A DNA stretch of 64,000 nucleotides, from NCBI RefSeq assembly GCF_036588685.1, contig NC_086381.1:41788001-41852000 (forward strand). Reading direction: 5' to 3'. The notes under the pieces were generated by a model. It was not told the DNA's origin, ran no database searches, and saw nothing but the letters and a program-made list of their open reading frames with translations. This DNA is from Mytilus trossulus. Taxonomy: Eukaryota. The stretch's first letter is position 1, and every line of letters begins with the position of its first letter. Shown here one piece after another: positions 42,401 to 54,400 of the stretch. The position numbers were made by a program, and so were the translations under genes.

Positions 42401-45400
42401 ATTTAATAAAACTTCTCGATACAAAATGCAAAGGCGTGGTGCAATTTTCTATGATTAAATCAATGTCTAATATCTTTTCTTATGATAACTTATGTGTAGC
42501 AATAATTCGGGTATAACTACAATTTCAAATCTTCCCTCGAACTACAAAAAAGGGATATTACACTAAATTACTTAAACTTTTAATTATAAATAAAGATACT
42601 ATTGGAGTTTTCATGTCTACAAGAAAAAGCACAGAAAGTTCTAGGAAGTCCATAAAGTAATCTATAGACATGTCTAAGTCACGAGTTAATGATTTACCAT
42701 TAATTTTCAGTATTTGTATTTGCATCTAATATCACTGAAAAACCACTTTCGAAATATTTAAACCTAGATGGTACTTTTTATAAAATGCTTCAGGAAAAAC
42801 ATACTGTAATCACAATGATGTCCTCCAAAACCGTCCCAGCATTTGCATTCAGAAGCAAGGCCCCCTGAACAGGTTCCAGGAAAACATCTCGTACTGTCTG
42901 ATCTCCAGGAGCAAGCCTCTGTACGTACACAAAAAAAATATATATAAAAAAATATTTATTGTTCATTGATAATGACTGAATTATTTAAAAGATCAGTCTT
43001 TCAGTAATAAAGACTTAATTGCGTGTCACCTCTCTTATGTGTCTCATATGTTCGCATTCAGTAACTTTAATAAATTGCATATGTTTGGTAGACTTTTTGT
43101 GAATACATAATGAAAATAACTGTTTTAGAGTAGCAACGACACATATATTCACATTTTACACAGACAAGGTTAACTGTTGAATATACAACTTTATGACAAA
43201 TTATATGGTGTAAGCTTCCTAACTATAAATTCAATGTATTGATAGTATTCTGCCACTGCATGCGCAAATGATGGAAATGTTAGCGGCAATAAGTGAAATT
43301 AGGCATTAAGCTTAAATTCTTGGCAATTAGCTAACACCTAGGCACTAAGTTATTGCCTGAAATATAACGATGTTATTAAACATATTGCCTAACATCATTT
43401 CAGGCAATAAGTGAACTTTGGGATTTTCGTTTAATTTCCAAAGTAGATATTCAATCAATGAAATATTCTTGATTTAAAGTATCTTTAAAATATTAATATA
43501 CACTTGGTATAATTAACCATGTCAACATCTTTTACAACAGGAACAACGATATCTCTTTCTACTTTTAATTAGAATCCCCATACAAAACGGCAATATTGAC
43601 TTCTACGTACACTTTAGCCATGTGATTATGGACTTTCCGTATTGATTTTCCTCTGAGTTCAGTATTTTTGTGATTTTACTTTTTAGAAGTATTGCATTTG
43701 TTTACTTGAAGGGAACTTCGAATTATTGATAACTATAGTGGAGGAGAATGATGAGAAAAAACATCAAAATTAATTCTTTTTTTCTTGATAGTAGTACTTT
43801 AGTACTTTGAAAAGGAACATTTAATATTTTTAATGTTTGGGCCTTAATTTTATACTTGACTTTATAGTATTGGTTTTGTTTCTCATTACTAGAAGCCGTT
43901 GTGTTGGCTACAACTTATTATATCAACTTTATTTGATTTATTTTCAATGTGGATAGTTGTCTCAGTGGCAATATCAAAAAGAAGATGTGGTATGATGTCC
44001 AATGATACAACTGTCCACATTACAAATGTATACCATATCTAAAAGGTCATGGCGAGAGAGACCGCATGGTTCAATCAACATATAAGGGACTGCGGAAATA
44101 TAAAAAATACCGAGCTTCAAGGACGAAAGTAAAACAACTGTGATATTCCTGATTTTCCTTATGTCGAAAATGTTGAATCAACCCTTGTATAACAACTAGC
44201 TAATCCTCTCACATTTAGGACAGTTGTATACAATTATATTATGTTGACAACAAGGTTTAAGCAAAACAAACAGACATTTAAATAAAAAAATAAGTCAAAA
44301 ATGGGGTTAGAACAGTCAACATTGTGTAATAATCTGAATCTCTTTAAATTTTTTTTACAATTCCTTCAATGAAAAACAAAATGGCATATAGACAAAGTAC
44401 ATATCAAAAGCGAAAGACAAGAATACAACAATGTCAAAATATTTTTTTTCCCGATTCAATAGCTAAGCAAATATTTCTATCGAACATTGTCTTTCACTTT
44501 GGAAAATTGTAAAATGAAGAAAACGTCTCCAGGGAGGAGAGAGTAGTTAACCCCACGTTATCCAAAGAGTTCAACAATAGAAGACAGGGTGATGTACAAT
44601 TAAACGAAAACGGAAACTATAAATGTCTTATAGGATACAAAAAATCAACTAACAAAAGTGTTTAACATTATATTGAATACGCCAACCTTTTAATCATAGG
44701 TTTCGTGAAGTTATTGTTTATAACTTTAGGGCGCCCCATAAACTGCATCATCACAATGATCGTGAATTTACAGCTTTGGTTTAAAAATAAAGTGATCAGA
44801 ACTAGTGACTTTATTTCAAGGAGTTGACATTTAAACCTCAGTTCTTATCATGTTTTTATGTACATTTTGAACAAATATTTTTTTAAATTTTTTTTACTTT
44901 ATTCACATAAAATTTAAAGCATTTCGATTAATGCCTGGACACATTTTTCAGGATTTAAGTTTAAAGTCTGTGATTTAAGATTGATGCTTAACACTATAAA
45001 GGCAATACGTTACTTATTGCCTAGGCGTTAGCTTCTTGCCTAGGATTTAATCATTAATTGCTGCTAATATGTGTATAATAGCCAGTTGGTAGTAAAACTC
45101 AGAACTTTTGTTTCCTACATTTGACTTCAAAGTACAATGTATAGCCTACATGACGAGATCACCCCCAGTTTTGGTGGGGTTCGTGTTGCTATGTCTTAAT
45201 AATTCTATGTTCAGTCTTGTGACTTATTATTTGTCTATTTGTAAATTTATGTTTTAGCCATGGCTTTGTCCGTCGTTTTTCATTTGCATTTTATTTGCGC
45301 CGATTTTTTTCACTTTTCGCCGTTTTTTTATTCATTTGAGCTGATTATTTTTACTGGTAAAATTCACGTATGAGTGTTACTTTTCATTTATCATTATTGA

Positions 45401-48400
45401 CCTCTTCCGTTTGCCAGTTGTACAAATGATATGAATTGTAAATCATAACATGTATATGACTGTTGTCCTCAGTTTACTCACCACGGGGAAATGGGAGTAG
45501 GATATCGAGCAGGATAAATTAATTTAAATGCACAATTACTTTAAAATCAAGAAGTAAAAATCGAAGATGAAATCACTCTAATTATACTAAAATGACTAAT
45601 TAAAAGTCTATTTACTACATTAAAATGGATTTTTTAAACTGAAACACGTCAAGTAAACAACGTTTTTAACCAAATTTGTCCTATGGTATAGTAAATGGAC
45701 AAGTATTAACTCGCCTGTGTTAAACTGTAAATACAAGTACAAGCAAAAATAAAACCGGCGAAAATGAAAGAATATATTCTTCTAATCGGCGCAAATGCCA
45801 TACACGCGCGTTGTCAGTTTATTTTTGATCTATGATTTTGAACGTCCCTCTGGTATCTTTTGTCCCTCTTCTACATCTCTTCACGAAAAGAAACATGAAA
45901 TCGATTGTAGTATACCAGTGACTTAAACATAAAAGTGCAAATACTTAAAAAATATATATAATAGATATCCAGCTTAATAGTGCACTTGGACAGAAACAGG
46001 TACGTTTTGTACAATTATTAGTGCATGATAACTCAAAGGCAAAAATAATTTTCGTTAAAAAAAATGACAACTCTACCGCATATCCATTCATTGGATCACC
46101 GTTACGTTGTTTTGCTCTTGTTCTTTAATGTCTGATTTATTACCACATTGTTGAATAATAACCCGCTTAAATAAAAAGTAACATGCTAACTTAAACAAGC
46201 CTTATTTGTTGTAATATACGCTCTCCAACTTGGCTTTGGTTTTATATCTCCATCACACCACTCACATTGGTTGTCATGCACTGATGTGCATTTTCTGTGA
46301 TTGCAGTGATCTATTGGTGGACAAACTACAAATATAAAAGAAAAACAATTTCGAGACGAATTTATTTTGAAATGTTTCAATGTCAATTGTTGCATGTTCC
46401 CTTTTGATATAAATAAAGTAGCATTAGTTTTTTTTGTATATAGACTAGTTCACAACAAAAACGTTCTGATTCAAGTGATCAACAGGTTCTTTCATTGCAT
46501 CCGATAGACTGAAAGTGTTCGATTTTATTCCAAGTTTATTTAATAGAATAACTCAAATCATACTGGCTATTATTGATATACACAATAATTATTATGCAAA
46601 TTCATGGTACTGTCTTTTCATGACACCTTAAATTAAATCCATTGGATATGACATACATGTTAACGATGTTTTGTATAGGATATATGAACTTTTTACTATT
46701 ACTATTAAACGAGAAAACCTCATTTTGTGTGTCGCTTCTCTTCTTTCCATAATGACTTAATCATCATGCCTCTGTGTACTAATGCATAATCGCATTTGTC
46801 ATCCATTCATATGATTATTCAGATTGAGTTATTTTAGGAGAAAAACGAGAAAAAAGGCGTCCGGAAATGATTCCGTCATTGGACGAAATTTTAAATCAGA
46901 TTAGACTTCCGGTTTGCGTTTTTCTGTATACTTTGAACATACATATACTACGAATAAAGTGTATTTTCTGTCTGAGATCCGTCCTTGGATGAAATTTTAA
47001 GTCAGATTAGACCTCCGGTTTGCGTTTTTCTGTATACTTTGAAGCAAATACATATAAAACGAATAAAGTGTATTTTCTGTCTGATATCATTTTCAAGTTT
47101 ACTACCCCGCCACGGCGGTCACAGAGTTTATTAAATAGAGATGGTCTGTATAATATATCATTGACCGCCGTGGATCGATTATTAAACTGAGAATTGAATG
47201 TAAAAAGAGAATACACTTTATTTATAGTAATGAATGAAAGGGGGAAGGGTAGGACCTTTTTCGGGACGTCGGGAACGGGAGTTTTTAAGATCGAAATTTC
47301 AGGATTGACCATTTCGTGATCCGGGATTTCTTTTTTTTCGAATTTCGAGATGTCGAGATAATTAATTTGTATTCAATTCGAAACCTCTAGATTTTATGTT
47401 TTTAAGCCCGGGATATCGGGATCAGGACCCCTCACGTCCGACTCCCCTTTATGAATGTACATAATTTTCAGATAAGCGCTAAAATTATTCATATGTCAAT
47501 AAAATTTATAGAGAACAAACAAAAAAAAACCATCTTTTTTTTGTTGAAAAAGGAGAGGCCGGGCTAGAAGAACAATCATCCTGTCCCAAATTACCTATGA
47601 CCTTTGATACCTTTTCTGAAATTCTCCTGTCATTCATTTTTTTACAAAAAAAGAAGATGTGGTATGAATGCAAAAGAGACAGCTCTCCGCATGAGACCAA
47701 AATGACACCGAAAATATCATTTAAAGGTCACCTTACGGCCTTCAACAAGAAGCAAAGCCGATACTGCATAGTCTGATATAAAAAGAAATTACAATGTAAA
47801 ACAATTCAAATGAGAAAACTAACAGCCTTATTTATGTACAAAAAATGAACGAAAAACAAATATGAATCACATAAACAAACGACAACCACTTAATTACAGG
47901 CCCCTGACTTGTATTTTCATGATATACTAAATGTATTTTCATAATGAAATTAATACACAAAAAAAATGGGAATTATGGAAATAAAGGGGGAGGGTTAAGA
48001 AAAAAAACCATTTTCCAGTCCCCAAGTACCTATGACTTTTGATACTTTTCCTGAAATTCTCAAGTCATTAATTTTTTTACAAAATTCTTCCTACAACACT
48101 TTACATACTTTCAACCACGCTCTGATTGCCCGCGATTTCGCGGGTATGTTTTAATGTTTTTTTTAAATGTTTATCTTTTTGTCTTGTACCGATCTGATGA
48201 GTTGAGTTCTTTTGAATTGAAAGAAACATATTTGGTTTTTTTTCCATTATTTTGTAAAAAGTTTAGGTCATTATTTTGAACTGTTTACATTTGTCATTTC
48301 GGGGTTACTTATATCTGACTGTGCGCTATGGGATTTGCTTGTTGTCGAGCCGTACAATGACCGTCCTTTGTTGATTTCTGTGTCATTTTGTATCTTGTTG

Positions 48401-51400
48401 TGTATCATTGGCCACATCTTCTTTTAATATTATTATAACCCTGGCATATTCAATATGTGCCTATCCCAAGTCACGAGTCTGTAGTTTAGTGGTTGTATTT
48501 TGTTCATGTCCGTAATATTTGTTTTTCTTAAATTGTTTTGTAATTAATTAGACCGTAACTCAACTGAATTATTTCTTATTTGTTTTATGTTGGGGCCTTT
48601 TATTGCAAACTATACGGTTTAGATTTTTATCGGTGTTGACGGCCGTACGATTGATTGCTTATAATTGCGTAAATTATCTTCATTTGAACGTTTGTTGATA
48701 GTTGTATCAATATTATTTTAAAAAGAATCAAAAGCATCAGACAGTTGTCGGAGTTTATTTTAATATACTAGGATTAATAGGCAAAGGTTAGCCTGATTAT
48801 AATCAAATTATTGTCCTGGAACATTATGTTCAACTGGAAAAGCATTAAGAAACATATCATTTGTGACTGTATCTGGCGCAGTAAAATTGTGGTCCCATTC
48901 ATGCCATAACTACCACTTTTGTCAACATAAGCTTTCTCTGTTTGATGGGATGAAAGAATGATAAACAAACAAATATTTAAGAATTGAAAACTGTGATTTA
49001 TTATTAAAATGACGACGAAGCAACACAATGAAAAACATGTATAATGAAATCAATAAATCATATTTATAAACAACATACTTAGTATATTGTTATAATGACA
49101 AAACCTTATAAACCCATCCCATCAAAGATAGGGTTACATTCGCCCGTCAGAGATGGTGTTACATTCATCCTTTTTAATAAAAAAAAATAGCATTTTTGTC
49201 AACACAGGCATGCTCTGTTGGATGGGACGAAAGAATGGCAAAAAACAAATATTTAAGAATAGAAAACTGTAATTTATTATTTAAATGACGAAGAAGCAAC
49301 ACAATGAAATACATGTATAATGAAATCAATAAATCATATTTATAAACAACATATATGTTTATAATGACAAAACCGTATTGACCCATCCTATCAAAGATGG
49401 GGTTAAATTCGCCACAATATTGTTACCCAAAGCCTTCCTTGTAACAATATTCCCAATCCAAGCCAGAAACAAAGTCCTTACTACCAAAAATAAGAAAAAC
49501 AAAAAAAAATCAAAAAAGAAATCACAAATCTAAGGAAAGCTACTTCTATCTAAGAGTATTCATTCTCTAAACTCAAACTTTCCCATGATTATAATATACT
49601 AACAGATTGTCAAGAAACATTTTTCTTTTAAATGGCTGCCAGAGGTCCTTGTCCCCATGGCAACCAAAGCCAAATATATACATAAACTTACACTAAAAAT
49701 TATAATTTTATTGTATTTTATTTATTTATATTATTATTCGTATATCTAGTTTTCATTTGATTTAATTTTTAATTTATTTTGATCCAGTAAAAATCTTTTG
49801 TATCTGTGATAAACATTTTTAACTGCTTAGTTTAACTTCTTGAAAGATAACAGCATCACCCGCATAGTTTATTACAGTGGGTGAAATAAATCAACAATCT
49901 TTATGATTTGTTTTATAAATAGGCAAATATGGTATAAAATTGTATGACCATGGTTTCAAACATAAATACTTCATTTTATTATGCATTAAATGATCCTCGA
50001 AAATAATGGTAGCAATTGATTGTATTTCTTATAATTATCTCAACTTAATCATATAGAGAACAAAATAAAACCGATCTAAATAAAAAAAATAAACAAAAAC
50101 ACAAAAAAAAAAAAAAAATTATCACAAATCTAACAAATACAAAAAAATACAAAAAAATCAAAAACAAAAAAACAAAATACAATACAAAAAACATAAAAAA
50201 AAAAAAATAAAAAAAAAAAAAAATAAAAAAAAAAAAAAAAAATCAAAATAAATTGCCGTTAGCATGGTTAGTCTTAAAAAGGATTGAAAATTAAGAGGCC
50301 CATGTCCCAATTACATTTCGTAATCACAGTTACCAATATAGATACAGTTAAAAATGAGTATCAACTATATTTTCATCAAAGTTATTACACTCTCATACAT
50401 GTAATGAAAATACACTTCACACGAAATAACATTTACAAATTAAATCAATATCATACATTTGAGGAAAAATCAGGGTAAACAAAAAGTACACAAAAACAAA
50501 AGTTGTGAATTTCTTTACCTTTTGTACACATACCTGATATTATTAAAAGAATAAACCACAAAAAACAACCTTAATCTAAACATGATCACCCGTTTATTGC
50601 ACAGTGGCAAGAACAAGGAACCCTTCAGTGTATTTCATGAAAAGAATAGCTTTGTGTCGTATCAGAGGTCCATATCCCTATTAAACAACATCAAAACACA
50701 TAAAACAGATTCAGATGTTAAGAACTGGTATCCGAATATATTTTTTGAATGCATCTGATTGTCATCTTCCCATTAACTGAATGTTATCACTTGAAATGCC
50801 CATCATAACTGCTAAACGTTCCTCAATCCTAAAACTATGTCCTTTATACACGCGGTATCACATCCAGCCCATTGTAACAAATGTTGTAACCGGCGTGTAA
50901 AATACTGCCTAGGAATAAGTTTACCAGCCATAAAACAAAATAAATGACCATTTTGAATCCCCCCTCAACTTGCAATATTCCCAGACCGCATGCACTGGAC
51001 ATAAATCTACATTTTTAACATTACACAGTTACAGTTAATTTGAAATTTTTCTATTGGTGGAGTAAGAATCGGCGTTCTCGTGTTTGGATTGTTGGCAATC
51101 CCTCCTGCTGTGGTCTCCGCCGCAAACCTGGCAGGTGTGTTCATATCTACAAATTATTGCTATTCAGCCTGATTCATTGTTCAAAGCATAACACAACCTT
51201 TTTTTATTACGGGCTTAAGCCGTGAGGCTTTGTGTAAGAAAGGGCTGTTTCATGGTATTGGTTTTCATCATAAGCCCGATAGCTAACACCTCATTGAACA
51301 ACTCTCCATTTACTCCATCCCATGGTTAGTGCAAAGGGTCTACTTCCCTCCACTGCCTATATGCCTGATCATAAAAAAATGCAGCCTCAATTCCAGCTTT

Positions 51401-54400
51401 TTCTGCCAAGTTTGCAATGATAGCCGCATATTTCATCAACTTCGGGGATTCAGTCGGGTGTTTTTCAAAATAAATTGCATCCTAAATGCGAAAAGTCTCA
51501 TGCCACTGTGCCATTGACTCACTTTTTACCTTACTTCTTCTATTCTTAACAAATGTTAAACAATCATCCTTCTCTACTGGAACACACTTAACAACTATTT
51601 TAAAAAATCCTCCAGATTAGTGTATTTGTTAGACCAAATATCAGCTTTCAGTTTTGGGTCCACACCCAAAGCCAGTGGGCGTGATAAACCCTGGTTTTGT
51701 ACTTCGTTTGAAAATGTACCTGTGTTGGAGTGCCATGTACAAGATGGTTCACCACCTGTTGACTCGGAGATCCTTCAGTTGGCATGAAACACTGTTGACC
51801 CTTCTGCTAATAACATTTGAACAGGACGGATGACTGCTCTCAGATGATTGGTTATCCATAATATTTGTTGAGTGGGACTGGGATGGTGTCGTCATCTCTG
51901 TTGTATTACATGTACTGGTATCTTTCCTTGGTGGACAAATGGAATTAACACCTTGGTGTGTTGGTATCAAAGTTGTATCTGGTGAGATTACATCCCTGCC
52001 TTGAATAACACCAGTGCTTTTGAGGATTGTCCACAGGTCTGGTCAAAAGCAGACCTGTCCTCAGGTCTGGTCAGGAGCAGACCTGTCCACAGGTCTGGTC
52101 TGAGGCAGACCTGTCCTCAGGACTGGTCAAAAGCAGACTTGTCCACAGGTCTGGTCTGGGGCAGACCTGTCCGCAGGACTGGTCAAAAGCAGACTTGTCC
52201 ACAGGTCTGGTCTGGAGCAGACTTGTCGATAAGTCTGCAGCAGTCCTAAAAAAGCAGACCGTAGGTCTGGTCCACCAACGACGAAGTTAACTTGCTTGAC
52301 TGCTTAAAAATTCTCAAGTTAACTTAGAAAGCAGTCAACAAGTTAACTCTAAGTTAACTTTTGTCAAGGTTAGGACCGCACCCATCTGTAACTACTGTTT
52401 GGGTGATAATTGGAGTTGCGACCGTCAATATTCTCAGAATTTGGTCATCATTATACGTATTTGGATCAATTGGATTGGACTGTACATGTTGATTATCAGC
52501 TGACAACTGGCTAGAATTATTATTTGGATTTGAAGAGCTTGGTACAGGATTGTCGATAGGTACACCCTTTCCCATATCTGAACTGCCTATGTTTTACATT
52601 ACTTCTCCAAGCCTCTGTGTGCTTTTCCGTTTCCGTTTACTTCTTTTAGGTACTTTGGATGGCATTTCTGATAAAACGGTTGCTGGAAAAAGAACACAAA
52701 ATATATTGAATGCGTGATATAGAACTTCCATATCAAAATAAGTGCCATAAGAACATTTTGAACATATTTATATGATCTGAACTTCTCTTTTCTGTGTGTG
52801 TTGCCACTTCGGTGTTGTGTCGTTGTTCTCCTCTTATATTTAATGCGTTTCCCTCAGTTTTAGTTTGTTACCCCGATTTTGTTTTTTGTCCATGGATTTG
52901 TGAGTTTTGAACAGCGGTATACAACTGTTGCCTTTATTTATACCATATATACTCTTTACCCTTAAATTCATGTAAGTGCCGTGTGCACTAATTCTAAATA
53001 TCATATTTTATCAACCATGTATACTTATACCCTTACATTCATGTAAGTGCCGTGTGCACTGATTCTTAATATTATATTTTATCAACCATGTATACTTTAT
53101 ACCCTTAAATTCATTTAATTGCCGTGTGCACTGATTCTAAATATTATAATTTATCAACCACAACAGAATTGATATAAGTACCCTAAGCACTGCCCATCAA
53201 AGCACCATTTGTACTAGAGCGTCACAAATTTATCAAAATGCTATATGCACCCACCATGCATACAAATATGAACTCAAGCACAATACAAGAGGCTGTCACA
53301 ACGACAGAAAACCGGATTTATTAGCATTTATTTGTGTCCTGGCAATATCACAAGAACCATTACTGATGATTGGTGAAAGTGAAAATTGTCAATACCAAAT
53401 TTGACCTCTATTTTGTCATCAGTATCAACATATTAAAATTCGAAAAGCTTAGATTGAATGGTTTGTGAGTAAATGCAACAACGTGAATGGAAACACCATT
53501 TTACGATCTTTCAAGAACCATAACTCCTGAACGGTAAAAGTCAAAATCGTCATTATTGAACTTGACCTCTATTTTGTCATCAGTAACAACATATTAAAAT
53601 GTGAAAAGCTTTGGTTGAACGGTTCATGAGAAAATGCACGGACGCGACTGGAAACACCATTTTTCAATCTTTAAAGAACCATAACTCCTGAACTGTAAAA
53701 GTCAAAATCGTCATTATTGAACTTGACCTCCATTTTGTCACCAGTAACAACATATTAAAATTTGGGAAGCTTTGGTAGAACAGTTCATGCGTAAATGCAC
53801 GGACACGACTGGAAACGCCATTTTTCAATCTTTCAAGAACCATAACTCCTGAACGGTAAAAGTCAAAATGGCCATTATTGAACTTCACCTTCATTTAGTT
53901 GTCAGTAACAACATATCAAAATTTTAAAAGCTTTGGTTGAACGGTTCTTGAGTTAATGCACGGACAACATTTGATTGCCGCCCGCCCGACCGCCCGCCCT
54001 GCCGCCCGCCCGCCGAGCATCCCCAATTTAATAACCGACATTTTTGTCACAAAAATCCGGTTAAAAACTATATAAATGCCATATGGGCATTGCCCATCAA
54101 AGCACCATATGTACTAGAGCCTCATAGATTCAGATGCGCTTGTATTAAGTATATAAATGTATCCAAGTACACCATTTATCTAAGTGGCTCATCAAAGCAC
54201 CATTTGTACAAGAGCCTCATAAATTCATGTAGGTGCCATAACACCTGTTTAATTTAAGTACACAATGTATCCAAGTAAATTTTTTTTGAAAAATAGAATA
54301 AAAAAATAATCAAATTATATACATGTGTCATATGCACTATTAACTAATAAATATGTGAATTCTAATTACAATGATTCTTGATGAAAAAGTCTACATGTAT

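Noticed and set aside
48194-48220. CTGATGAG...GAAA hammerhead-like string
   Set aside because: No convincing stem III or cleavage triplet, and no stem I.
52029-52235. 28-bp regularly spaced repeats resembling a CRISPR array
   Set aside because: The units are head-to-tail with no unique spacers and no cas genes, in a eukaryotic context.
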